Source: an uncultured Methanosarcinales archaeon (GTDB taxonomy: Archaea; Nanobdellota; Nanobdellia; Woesearchaeales; CAYSVS01). From it: DNA of 64,000 bases. The stretch covers positions 20,611 through 84,610 of the forward strand of contig CAZPRK010000004.1 of assembly GCA_964589485.1 (NCBI GenBank). Reading direction: 5' to 3'. Under the pieces are notes generated by a model. The model ran no database searches. It was not told where the DNA came from and worked only from the letters and a program-made list of their open reading frames with translations. Every line of letters begins with the position of its first letter. Position 1 is the first letter of the stretch. Both the position numbers and the translations under genes were made by a program. Of the stretch, positions 18,663 to 28,059 are shown piece after piece.

Positions 18663-18937
18663 ATTCCTGATTTTGAAGCTAATTTAATATCTTTTTCTTG
18701 TACTGTTTTTCTTCCGCTGTGTTTTGCAATTTGAACGGCTTTTGTAGATATTTCAGTAGCTATTTCTTCAACGATTTCAGAAAATGCGGCATTAGCTTCA
18801 TGACTAACTCTTTTTGCACCAGCTTTAATCAAAATCCTACCAACCGGAGCTAATGGAATTGTTTGTGTATTTCTTTGTGACATAATATGTATTATGTTTT
18901 CGTCATTTAAAAAACTTTTTATCTTTTCAAAAAGCAC
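18659..18937 (-). CDS. archaeal histone (HMf-like histone fold)
   Basis: 'IPLAPVGRILIKAGAKRVSHEANAAFSEIVEEIATEISTKAVQIAKHSGRKTVQEKDIKLA' aligns closely with HMfB. The true start is probably the internal Met at 18883. Confidence 0.85.
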   Translation of the reverse strand: MLFEKIKSFLNDENIIHIMSQRNTQTIPLAPVGRILIKAGAKRVSHEANAAFSEIVEEIATEISTKAVQIAKHSGRKTVQEKDIKLASKSGI

Positions 18938-19958
18938 AAGTTATATAAATAACCACTACTTGGTGGTCAATATGCTTAAAAAAACACTAGAATATATTGC
19001 AAATATTAGTAATACTTTTGATGAACTTAGGCCTCATGGAGGCTTTCTTTTACCTGAGTATAGTAAAGAAAGAGTAGTTGCAGAGTTAGCTTTTTTAAAT
19101 GGGACAAATAGAGATTTAATTAAAATTGGTTCTAATGATGGGCTATATAGGTTACTTATAGATAAAGAAGGAGCCAAAGAACATTTAGAATCACAATTGA
19201 AAGAATTTTCACCATTAGATATTGCTCAAAAAATACAAAATTTAACTGGAGCTCCGATAGATGGAACAGTTAAAGCTATAGAAAATCAAACTAATTTTGG
19301 TAAATACTTAACATTATCAGATAAATTTTATGGTAGTAATGTTTTAGATATTTTAAACTTTTATAGAGATTTATTTAGTGTTGTATTTGAAGATTTAGAA
19401 AAGCCAGTATTAAAATTAGGAGATAGGAAAGATTATACTTTTATTTTAGATGATACTTTTAAAGATATACCTATAAAACAAAGGAAAGGTCAATTTTCTA
19501 ATTTTGCAATGGATCATTTAAAGGCATTTTTTCCTGCGATTTTTGTAGCAGCTTATATAGATAGAATTGAAACAGACCTTGATTTAGAAGGAAAGTATAA
19601 TGTTGTTGAAGTTTCTCCTTTATCTATGGGTGAAATTAAGTTTGAAGATAATCTTGAAATTCAAGAACTTCATTATGATAAAAATAATACTCCACACTTA
19701 GTTTCTGTTGGTGGTTCTCAAAAAAATGAACAGACTTTAGTTAAATTTCTTGAATTAATCGGTAATGTTTTGCCTCATGTACGAATATCTTATACAGGGA
19801 TTGATGAAATTATTTATTCTTCTCATTCTGTAAATCAAAATAATCCAATTATGCAAATTAAATCAGATAAAGTGGTTAAAATGGTTAATTGGACTTCTTT
19901 TTTGAAAGATTTTGTTCAGAAAAAACAACAAGCGCCAGTAATTAAGGTTAAGTTTTAA
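18894..19958 (+). CDS. hypothetical protein (divergent from the histone gene)
   Basis: ORF. The likely start is ATG 18972 ('MLKKTLEYI'). No recognised domain. Confidence 0.45.
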   Translation: MFSSFKKLFIFSKSTSYINNHYLVVNMLKKTLEYIANISNTFDELRPHGGFLLPEYSKERVVAELAFLNGTNRDLIKIGSNDGLYRLLIDKEGAKEHLESQLKEFSPLDIAQKIQNLTGAPIDGTVKAIENQTNFGKYLTLSDKFYGSNVLDILNFYRDLFSVVFEDLEKPVLKLGDRKDYTFILDDTFKDIPIKQRKGQFSNFAMDHLKAFFPAIFVAAYIDRIETDLDLEGKYNVVEVSPLSMGEIKFEDNLEIQELHYDKNNTPHLVSVGGSQKNEQTLVKFLELIGNVLPHVRISYTGIDEIIYSSHSVNQNNPIMQIKSDKVVKMVNWTSFLKDFVQKKQQAPVIKVKF

Positions 19959-20075
19959 ACTTTTTTAAGTTAAATCAAAATTAAGTACATCGTATGTCAT
20001 CATATTAATTAAAATACAATATTTATTAATTTAACTGAGGCAAAATATATAAACTCCTAATAATTCTATTTAAAT

Positions 20076-21725
20076 ATGGATAAAGCAATTGAAAAGTATG
20101 CTTTAGAGAATGCTGTTAAATTCAAAGGAAAGGCAAACCCTAAAGCTTTAATTGGAAAAATAATGGGTGAATTTACTGAAGCTAGAGAAAATCCAAAAAA
20201 TACAATGGATTTGATTAATAAAATTGTTTCTAATGTTAATAAATTATCTTTAGATTCTCAGAAAGAAAAGTTAGAAGAATTAGCTCCTGAGTTATTAGAA
20301 AAAAAAGAAAAAAAAGAAAGAGATATTTTTTCTAGTTTAAAGTTAGGTAAAGTAAATACTTGTTTTCCTCCAGGTGTTGAAAAATATCCTCATATTGGAC
20401 ATGCTAAGGCAATTATGGTTAATTTTTTATTAGCTCAAAAACAAAAAGGAAAATTCTTTTTAAGGTTTGAAGATACAAATCCTAAATTAGTAAAAAAAGA
20501 ATTCTATGATATAATGGAAGAAAATTTTAAATGGTTAGGAATAAATTGGGATAAAATCTTCCATGCATCTGATTATATGGATTTATACTATGAAATGGCT
20601 GAAAAGTTAATTAAAAAAGATAAATCTTATGTTTGTACATGTGAAGATGTTCAAGAAAGTAGAAGGTTGGGTATTCCTTGTACTTGTAGAAGTCATACTA
20701 AAAAAGTTAATTTAGATTTATGGAAAGAAATGTCTAAAGAAAAAGAAGGGTTTGCTATTTTAAGATTAAAAATTGATTTAAAACATCAAAATACAACAAT
20801 GCGTGACCCAACAATATTTAGAATTATTGAGGAAAAACATGCACGGCAAGGAAAGAAATATAGAGTTTGGCCAAATTATGATTTTCAAAATTCTATAATG
20901 GATAGTCATATTGGTGTAGATATCAGGTTAAGAAGTAAAGAATTTGAATTAAGAAGTGAGTTACAAAGATGGATTCAAAAAGAATTAGGTATTCGTAAAA
21001 CTAGTACAATAGAATTTGGTAGGTTTAATTTAACTGGAGTTGAAAGTTCAGGAAGAGTTATAAGAGAAAAAATAGAACATGGGGAATTACTTGGTTGGGA
21101 TGATCCTAGTTTAACTACGATAGTTGCATTAAGAAGACGTGGTTTTCAACCAAAGGCAATATTAGATTTTTTGTTATCTACAGGAATTACAAAAAATGAA
21201 GCAACTTTAACTTGGGATGATTTAATTATGCATAATAAGAGATTACTTGATGAAGAAGCAGAAAGGTATTTTTTTGTTGAAGATCCTATTGAAATTAATG
21301 TAAAAAATGCATCTGAACAAAAAATTAAATTAAAAAAGCATCCAAGTGAAGATAAAGGGTTTAGGGAATTTAAGGTTAAAGGTACTTTTATAATTACTAA
21401 GAAAGATTATGATAATATTAGGTCAAAGGAATTAATAAGGTTAATGGATTGTTTAAATTTTGAAAAGAAGGGAAAAGAATTAGTTTTTAATTCTTTAAGT
21501 CATAAAGATTTTAAGGGAAATGGAAAGAAAATAATTCACTACTTACCTACTGATAATTTAATTGATGTTGAAGTTTTAATGCCAGATAAAACAGTAGTTT
21601 CAGGAAAAGGGAGTAAGTATTTAAAAAAACTCAAAGAAGGTCAAGTAATTCAATTTGAAAGGTTTGGGTTTTGTAGATTAGATAAAATTCTTAAAACTAA
21701 GTTAATTTTTTGGTTTACTCATTAA
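20076..21725 (+). CDS. gltX: glutamyl-tRNA synthetase, archaeal/eukaryal type
   Basis: HIGH motif 'PHIGHAKA'. 549 aa, class I Glu/Gln-RS architecture. Confidence 0.9.
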   Translation: MDKAIEKYALENAVKFKGKANPKALIGKIMGEFTEARENPKNTMDLINKIVSNVNKLSLDSQKEKLEELAPELLEKKEKKERDIFSSLKLGKVNTCFPPGVEKYPHIGHAKAIMVNFLLAQKQKGKFFLRFEDTNPKLVKKEFYDIMEENFKWLGINWDKIFHASDYMDLYYEMAEKLIKKDKSYVCTCEDVQESRRLGIPCTCRSHTKKVNLDLWKEMSKEKEGFAILRLKIDLKHQNTTMRDPTIFRIIEEKHARQGKKYRVWPNYDFQNSIMDSHIGVDIRLRSKEFELRSELQRWIQKELGIRKTSTIEFGRFNLTGVESSGRVIREKIEHGELLGWDDPSLTTIVALRRRGFQPKAILDFLLSTGITKNEATLTWDDLIMHNKRLLDEEAERYFFVEDPIEINVKNASEQKIKLKKHPSEDKGFREFKVKGTFIITKKDYDNIRSKELIRLMDCLNFEKKGKELVFNSLSHKDFKGNGKKIIHYLPTDNLIDVEVLMPDKTVVSGKGSKYLKKLKEGQVIQFERFGFCRLDKILKTKLIFWFTH

Positions 21726-22351
21726 CCAAACAATAATTTATTTTGAATTAAATTAGGTATGTCAATAAAGTAACCGTTTTTTTTAGGTCTTAAATTCTTT
21801 AATTTTTTTGTTTTTCTATATTTATTTAACCAATGAAGTCCTTTTTTTGTTAATTTTATTGAATACCCTTCACTTAAGTCAATTCTTTGGACTAATTCCA
21901 TTTTTTCTTCTGGAGAACAAATGTACATGTCTGAATGATATGTCTTTTCTTTATTTGCAGTGAAAGTAGAAATTCTTTCAAACATTTCATCTAATCCAGA
22001 AAATGTACTAGCTAAATTTGAATATTCTTTTGATTTATATGTAGTTTGTTCGTGTTCTGAAAAAATATCACTTGATTCTTGATTTTCTTTAATAAAAAGT
22101 CCAAAAAATTTAGTTCTTCTTGACTTATAATTATGTGTTTGTTTTGATTTATCTATAAAAAAATTTACACATTGTTCTAATTCATTTATAGGGGGTGATG
22201 TTATGGGATCTACATTATCAAAAGCTTCTAATTCGTTTCTTCTTTGTTCAGTTAAAAAATCTACATCATCTAACCTGCCATTTTTATTAATATATTTCTC
22301 TAATTCTTTTATAATTACATCAAATCGTGAATGGATATATCCTTTTAGCAT
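21722..22351 (-). CDS. hypothetical protein (209 aa)
   Basis: ORF only. Confidence 0.4.
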   Translation of the reverse strand: MLKGYIHSRFDVIIKELEKYINKNGRLDDVDFLTEQRRNELEAFDNVDPITSPPINELEQCVNFFIDKSKQTHNYKSRRTKFFGLFIKENQESSDIFSEHEQTTYKSKEYSNLASTFSGLDEMFERISTFTANKEKTYHSDMYICSPEEKMELVQRIDLSEGYSIKLTKKGLHWLNKYRKTKKLKNLRPKKNGYFIDIPNLIQNKLLFG

Positions 22352-22444
22352 AATTTAAAGGATGTAACCAAGCATATAAAACCTTTATTGTGATTAAATA
22401 CTTGATTAAATTAAAGTAAGTTTTATATTTAATTTATTTCTTAT

Positions 22445-23182
22445 ATGCTTATGACAATATTAGAGACTGTAGTTCGTGATAATTTTATAAGAAAAGGTTA
22501 TGAAATTGTTCAAACAGCTTATGCATCCAAACATGCAATTATCATTTTCGCTGCTAGAGAGAATGATCGTATTTTAGGAATTGGTTATGATTTAACTAAA
22601 TATAAGGAAAGAAATCAACGTAATTCTAAAATGTATAATAATTTTAAAATATTACATTTTGATGCTGACTCTGAAACAGTTGAAGATATTTTTGCGATAG
22701 TTAAACGTAAATTAAAGCCCAAGGATATAAGTGCTCAATGGTTTTTTTCTCCAAAATATAATTTAGGAGGGGAAGTAGTATATGTTGCTAATAATTCAAA
22801 TAAAATGTCATGGAATTCATTAGAAGATGGATTAGTTGAGATAAAACAAGGTGAAGAATTAATACAAGATTTACTTTTTCAAATAACTTTTCAAAGTTTA
22901 TACCTTTCAGGAAAAAGAGTTGATAACAATAATTTTAAACTTGAAATTCAGAAAACTGCTAAACTTTTAAAAAATTATTATTTTCCTAGTGAGGGAAATG
23001 TTGTTATAACTCAAAAATGTCCAGAATTATATATTGAGGTATTCAGAGAAATTCCCCTTGGTTTAGATTTATACATAGATGATAGTTCTATTTCTATTTC
23101 TAGATTTCCTTTTGAAGAAAATATAAATGCTAGTGTTGAGGATTTTTTAATGATGGTTAAAGCAAATTTAAAGAAAACTTAA
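22445..23182 (+). CDS. hypothetical protein (245 aa)
   Basis: ORF only. Confidence 0.4.
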   Translation: MLMTILETVVRDNFIRKGYEIVQTAYASKHAIIIFAARENDRILGIGYDLTKYKERNQRNSKMYNNFKILHFDADSETVEDIFAIVKRKLKPKDISAQWFFSPKYNLGGEVVYVANNSNKMSWNSLEDGLVEIKQGEELIQDLLFQITFQSLYLSGKRVDNNNFKLEIQKTAKLLKNYYFPSEGNVVITQKCPELYIEVFREIPLGLDLYIDDSSISISRFPFEENINASVEDFLMMVKANLKKT

Positions 23183-23208
23183 TAAATAAGCTAAATCTAA
23201 CTCATTTT

Positions 23209-23642
23209 ATGATTAAAGACTTCAAAGATATAACTAAAGAAGATGTAATCCAAGAAGGGGGAAAGGGGCATCTTTAGGTGAAATGACCAATGCTTCACTT
23301 CCAGTTCCTGAAGGATTTGTTCTTCTATCAAGTGAGTTTAATGCTTTTATTGATTATAATGAAATTAAGTCAGATATTGATGCTATTTTACATAATGTAA
23401 ACAAAGAAGAAATGCATACAGTTGAAGATGCTTCTGAGAAGATACAAGCAATTATAACTAATTCAACAATGAGGGATGAAACTAAGCAAAAAATCTTAGA
23501 AGAGTTTGAAAAATTAGAACAAATTAAGAAATCTTTTAATGAAGAGTATAAAACTTTTTCAAAAACTTATAAAGAGAAGTTGATTCAGATAATGGGGTTG
23601 TTAGGAAAGTATAATGAATGTGTTAAGTTAATAATAAGGTGA
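23209..23642 (+). pseudogene. frameshifted, truncated N-terminal fragment of a PEP-utilising enzyme (PPDK_N, PEP synthase/pyruvate phosphate dikinase-like)
   Basis: ATG 23209 encodes 'MIKDFKDITKEDVIQEGGKG', then stops. The -1 frame continues 'ASLGEMTNASLPVPEGFVLL...', recreating the 'GGKGASLGEM...GLPVPPGF' signature. The shift lies in a G-run at 23257-23268. The ORF ends after 119 aa, far short of a full domain. Confidence 0.55.
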
Positions 23643-23645
23643 CTC

Positions 23646-24449
23646 TTATAAAACGTCATGAATAATTTTAACTTTATCAATAATATCTTGGTGCGAAAAG
23701 CCATTTGATGCGATAAGTCCTTTTTTATTAGCGCCATCTTTTTGTGTAAATTCTATACTATTTCCATAAAAGTCTGTTATTTGTCCACCAGCTTCATTCA
23801 AAATAACACTTGGTCCGCAAATATCCCAAGCATACATTAAATTTATAGGGTTGCATAAAAATAAAGCAGCATTACCTTTTGCAACTTCAATAGTTTTTAA
23901 TGATCCTGGCTGTTTAATAATTTCATATTCTGGGAAGTTATTAAGCAAAATTTGTAATTCTGCTGATATTACATAACTTACTAATATTTTTGAATTTCGT
24001 TTAACATGTATTCTTGTTGTTTCATTTTCAGTTTGTATAAATGCACCTTTACCTTCTGTTGCAAATACAAGTTCATCTAATTTAGGTCTATAAGTAACTC
24101 CTAATACTGGTTTTAAGTTATGCATTAAACCTATAATTATTCCATAATTATTTCCTTTATGCAGTAAATCAGAAGTTGCATCAATTGGATCAACTACCCA
24201 ACAAACTTCTTTTTTAGTTGCAATACTATCATTTTCTCTTTCTTCATCTAAAATCCCGTAATGAGGGAATTCTGTTGATAATTTTTCAAATATTATATTT
24301 GAAACTTTTTTATCTAAATCAGATACGGGTGAACCATCAGTTTTATATTCTACATTATTTGGACTATTACAAAGAATATACTCACCTGCTTCTTTTGCTA
24401 TCTTTTTTGCAATTTTTAGTTCAGTTAAAAATGTCATTATATTTTTCAA
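23646..24449 (-). CDS. suhB: inositol monophosphatase / FBPase family protein
   Basis: 'WVVDPIDATSD' and 'WDICGPSVILNEAGG' IMPase motifs. Confidence 0.75.
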   Translation of the reverse strand: MKNIMTFLTELKIAKKIAKEAGEYILCNSPNNVEYKTDGSPVSDLDKKVSNIIFEKLSTEFPHYGILDEERENDSIATKKEVCWVVDPIDATSDLLHKGNNYGIIIGLMHNLKPVLGVTYRPKLDELVFATEGKGAFIQTENETTRIHVKRNSKILVSYVISAELQILLNNFPEYEIIKQPGSLKTIEVAKGNAALFLCNPINLMYAWDICGPSVILNEAGGQITDFYGNSIEFTQKDGANKKGLIASNGFSHQDIIDKVKIIHDVL

Positions 24450-24543
24450 ATTACGATTTGTTATAAATCTAATCTAAAAGAAAACTTAATTTTAACAACT
24501 AAAACAAAATATTAATAAACCAATAATAATTTAATTCTAATAG

Positions 24544-25065
24544 GTGATATTTATGAGAAAAATAATGTTTATTTTAATTTTAGTTTTAATAGTTGGTTGT
24601 AATACTCATGAACATAATAATGAAGATGGCCATCATGAAGATTCTGTAATGGTTAAAAATAATGATGTTTCGAATGAAGAAGTTCTAGAAAATAATGAAA
24701 ATTCAGATTTAATAACTAATCAGGAAATTGATAATACTGATAAAGAATTAAATGTTGATGTTCTTAGTGAAAGTAACGCAGTAACTTTTAAGTTAACTGG
24801 TGAAAATTACAAATATGTTCTTGATGGAGTAGATAATCCTGAATTAAGAGTAAAACAAGGAGATAAAGTAATAGTTGAGTTTGAAAGTACTCAAGGATTT
24901 CATGATTGGGCTGTTGATGAATTTGGTAAAACTGGTAGAGTTAGAACTGATGATGGCGTTACAACTGTTGAATTTATAGCTGACAAAAAAGGAACTTTTG
25001 AATATTATTGTAGTGTTGGAAATCATAGAGCTTTAGGTATGAAAGGTAACTTAATTGTTGAATAG
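24544..25065 (+). CDS. type-1 (blue) copper protein, lipoprotein (plastocyanin/halocyanin-like)
   Basis: Lipobox 'LIVGCNT'. Copper ligands 'FHDW' plus 'YYCSVGNHRALGM' (H...C-x4-H-x4-M). Confidence 0.7.
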   Translation: MIFMRKIMFILILVLIVGCNTHEHNNEDGHHEDSVMVKNNDVSNEEVLENNENSDLITNQEIDNTDKELNVDVLSESNAVTFKLTGENYKYVLDGVDNPELRVKQGDKVIVEFESTQGFHDWAVDEFGKTGRVRTDDGVTTVEFIADKKGTFEYYCSVGNHRALGMKGNLIVE

Positions 25066-25095
25066 ATTTATAAAGTTACTACTGTTATCTGACGA

Positions 25096-25575
25096 ATGTT
25101 AGATGAAATATATCTATTAAGGGATGCGTTAGATAAAGATAACTGCCATCCTAAGCACCCTAAGGTTTTTTATCTTAATGATAAACTTATAGCTAAAGCT
25201 GGCAGTGAAGTAAGAATTAATTTAGAGTTTGGAGTAGGACAATATTTATTTAAAAATAATATAAAAGTTCCTGAAATGCACAGTATTATAAAATCACCTT
25301 TTACTGAAGAATGGTTTGCTGATTTGTATGATGATTCTTGGTTTGTTTTTATGGATAGGTTAGATGGTAAACCTTTATCTGAATATAGAGAAAATAATTA
25401 TGGAAATTTAAAACTTCAATGGGTTGAGGAATTAAAGAAAGCACAAAAGTTAGGAGTTTCATTGGAAGATATGAGTGAAGATAATGTTTTAGTTGTAAAT
25501 GATGAAATATTTTTAATTGATTTTGAGCATGCGTACATTGAAGGTAGACATAGACCTAAAATGTCATACAAATAA
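25096..25575 (+). CDS. hypothetical protein with protein-kinase-like catalytic-loop remnant
   Basis: 'LEDMSEDNVLVVNDEIFLIDFEHA' resembles the 'HGDLseyNiLv...iDF' loop of RIO/Bud32/aminoglycoside kinases, but the His is replaced by Glu. Weak call. Confidence 0.3.
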   Translation: MLDEIYLLRDALDKDNCHPKHPKVFYLNDKLIAKAGSEVRINLEFGVGQYLFKNNIKVPEMHSIIKSPFTEEWFADLYDDSWFVFMDRLDGKPLSEYRENNYGNLKLQWVEELKKAQKLGVSLEDMSEDNVLVVNDEIFLIDFEHAYIEGRHRPKMSYK

Positions 25576-25607
25576 CTTTATATATTAGTTTTTATTTTTT
25601 TATTTTT

Positions 25608-26156
25608 ATGTCGATATTAGCGTTTGCAGGAAGTACAAGAGAAAATTCTTTTAATAAGAAATTAGCTAAAAATGCAATGACTGATGATATGCAGTTTATT
25701 GATTTGAAAGACTATCCTTTGCCATTATATGATGAAGATTCTGAAGAACAGGAAGGTCTTCCAGAAAATGCATTAAAATTAAAAAAAATGTTTATAGAAG
25801 CTAAAGGGTTTTTAATTTCTTCGCCAGAGTATAACAGTGGAATGTCTGGTGTGTTAAAAAATACTATTGATTGGATTTCTCGGCCAGTTGAGGGTGAAAA
25901 ATCATTAGAAGCTTTTGAAGGAAAAGTTTGTACTATAATGAGTGCATCCCCTGGAGCGTTAGGTGGTTTACGTGGCTTGGTTCATTTAAGATATGTTTTA
26001 TCCAATATTAAATTAATAGTACTTCCTGATCAAACTACAATTAGCCAAGCGCACGAAGCTTTTGATGAAAATGGAATTCTTAAAGATGAAAAGTTAAAAG
26101 GAAGAGTTAAAGCACAAAGTAAAAAGTTAAAAGAAGTTATTGATAAGTTATGTTAA
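25608..26156 (+). CDS. NADPH-dependent FMN reductase family (flavodoxin-like)
   Basis: 'ILAFAGSTRENSFNKKLA' N-terminus and 'SPEYNSGMSGVLKNTIDW' are typical of the NADPH-dependent FMN reductase family (Pfam PF03358). Confidence 0.7.
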   Translation: MSILAFAGSTRENSFNKKLAKNAMTDDMQFIDLKDYPLPLYDEDSEEQEGLPENALKLKKMFIEAKGFLISSPEYNSGMSGVLKNTIDWISRPVEGEKSLEAFEGKVCTIMSASPGALGGLRGLVHLRYVLSNIKLIVLPDQTTISQAHEAFDENGILKDEKLKGRVKAQSKKLKEVIDKLC

Positions 26157-26279
26157 ATAAAAAACAATTAAACTATTTTATTATAAGAAGCTGCAAAGTT
26201 AAGCAATGAAAATTGGGCTGAAGCTTATGCAGAGTTTATTTTAGAAAAACTTAAATATACATAATAATATAGTGCTATT

Positions 26280-27029
26280 ATGCATATTAAAAATCAATTA
26301 AATAAGTTAAAAGATAATTGGTTATTAATTTTAATTCTATTAATAATAGTATTTGGTTCTAATCTTAATTTATCTCAGTTTAATACATTTGAAAGTATTT
26401 CTACATCAAAAAGTTTTGCTGCTGAAGAAAGAATTGTTACTTCATCAATAAATTTGAAGGTAGAAGTAAAAGACTTTAGTGAAAAAGAAAATCAATTAAG
26501 AAGTTTAATTAAAGAAAATGAAGCTATATTATCAAATCAAAATATAAACAAAAAAGATGAATTAGGTTTATTTACTGTTAAAGTTCCGTCTAAGAACTAC
26601 GATACTTTTATTTCTGAAACTAAAAATTTGGGAAAAGTAATTTCTTTTAATGAAAATCAAAGAGATATTACTGATCAATACTTGAATAATAAACAAGAAC
26701 TAGATTTAGAAAAATCTAGGTTACTTAAATTTGAAACAATGCTTAAAGATGCTAAAGAAGTTAAGGATAAAGTACAATTAACGGATAGAATTTTTGATTT
26801 AGAAAGGAGAATTAAATATTTAGAACAAAATTCTAAAAGAAACAATAAATTAGTTGACTACATAACAATATGGATTAATATTTATGAAAAACAATATGAA
26901 TTTGTAACATTTAGTAATTTGATTGATAATTTAGTAAATAACTTTAATTTATTGTTTAAGTTCATATTTGGAATAATTCCTTGGTTAATTGCTTTCTTTA
27001 TTGGAAGATGGATTTATAGAAAATTCTAA
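26280..27029 (+). CDS. membrane-anchored coiled-coil protein (hypothetical)
   Basis: N-terminal TM, central coiled coil, C-terminal TM 'IIPWLIAFFIGRWIY'. Confidence 0.4.
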   Translation: MHIKNQLNKLKDNWLLILILLIIVFGSNLNLSQFNTFESISTSKSFAAEERIVTSSINLKVEVKDFSEKENQLRSLIKENEAILSNQNINKKDELGLFTVKVPSKNYDTFISETKNLGKVISFNENQRDITDQYLNNKQELDLEKSRLLKFETMLKDAKEVKDKVQLTDRIFDLERRIKYLEQNSKRNNKLVDYITIWINIYEKQYEFVTFSNLIDNLVNNFNLLFKFIFGIIPWLIAFFIGRWIYRKF

Positions 27030-27154
27030 AGTCTTCCTTCGCCAAATGGATGTAATTCAGAAACAGTATTACATTCTCTACAATTCTCACACCTTGCACT
27101 TACAATAAACTTACCTTCTTCAGTTACTTCACAATCACATTTTAGTTGTACCAT
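27026..27154 (-). CDS. Cys-rich mini-protein (42 aa), possible zinc ribbon
   Basis: 'MVQLKCDCEVTEEGKFIVSARCENCRECNTV...' preceded by GGTGA. Not in the ORF track. Confidence 0.3.
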   Translation of the reverse strand: MVQLKCDCEVTEEGKFIVSARCENCRECNTVSELHPFGEGRL

Positions 27155-27163
27155 ATTTTCACC

Positions 27164-27556
27164 TTATAACATTTTTTTTTCAATTAAATCAGGAAAGATT
27201 TTATTTTTTATTATTGGAGACAATAGAGATGTATCATCTTCTTTTCCAATCCATTTAAATTCTTCTATTTCTCTGTTTACTGTAACTTCATTATTGATAT
27301 CTCCTATATATAACCTCATAAAAAGCATAGTATTTTCTTCATTAGCTGCAATATCTTCATATTCATTGAAAAATTCTATATTTGTTATTTTAACGTTATG
27401 TTCTTCTTTTAGTTCCCTAGACAAACATTCTTCTATTGTTTCATGATCAATTGGTTTTCCGCCTGGCATTAGAAATAGTTTAGTGTTAAATTTTCTGTTA
27501 ACTAATAATCTTTTATTTTTGATTATAATTAGCCCGTATTTACGAATTTTATTCAT
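27164..27556 (-). CDS. NUDIX hydrolase
   Basis: Nudix box 'GGKPIDHETIEECLSRELKEEHNV'. Confidence 0.8.
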   Translation of the reverse strand: MNKIRKYGLIIIKNKRLLVNRKFNTKLFLMPGGKPIDHETIEECLSRELKEEHNVKITNIEFFNEYEDIAANEENTMLFMRLYIGDINNEVTVNREIEEFKWIGKEDDTSLLSPIIKNKIFPDLIEKKML

Positions 27557-27604
27557 TATATTGGTATGTTTTAATATTTTATATATTTAACGTAAAATAT
27601 ATAA

Positions 27605-28030
27605 ATGAAATGTTTTTTGATGCTCAAAATGACTAATGTGGTTAGAGGGATTATTTACTTAGGGGACATGGTAATGATTGCTCAAAAGAAAAAATCTAAT
27701 CCTGATCGGTTTAAAGGAAGGTGGCATTTTCCAGGAGGAAAGGTAAGAAAAGGTGAATCTTTAGAGGATGCCTTACATAGGGAAATTAATGAAGAAACAG
27801 GAAGTGTTATTTCAGTTTCAGATTATATAGCTAATATTCATGTTACAAATAGAGACGGAAAACAATTTGATATTCATTATTTTAAAGGTGAAATTTTATT
27901 AAGTAAGTTAAATCCAGGAGATGACGTTGTTGGGTTAGGAATCGTTAATAGACAAGATCTATCAAGAAGTTTATCTTCTGACTATATAAGTCAATTACCT
28001 AATCAAGTACGAAAGTATTTAAGGGTTTAA
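27605..28030 (+). CDS. NUDIX hydrolase
   Basis: Nudix box 'GGKVRKGESLEDALHREINEETGS'. The start is probably an internal Met. Confidence 0.8.
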   Translation: MKCFLMLKMTNVVRGIIYLGDMVMIAQKKKSNPDRFKGRWHFPGGKVRKGESLEDALHREINEETGSVISVSDYIANIHVTNRDGKQFDIHYFKGEILLSKLNPGDDVVGLGIVNRQDLSRSLSSDYISQLPNQVRKYLRV

Positions 28031-28059
28031 TTTTTATTTATTCTTTAAATAATAAGAAA

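Noticed and set aside
18884-18937. N-terminal 18-aa extension of the histone ORF
   Set aside because: Canonical archaeal histones begin at the residue equivalent to the internal Met (18883). The extension is probably untranslated leader sequence.
19959-20075. C/D-box sRNA candidate (ATGATGA-like and CTGA elements) in the intergenic region upstream of gltX
   Set aside because: The box elements fall on different strands and lack proper spacing and a terminal stem. It is more simply the gltX promoter.
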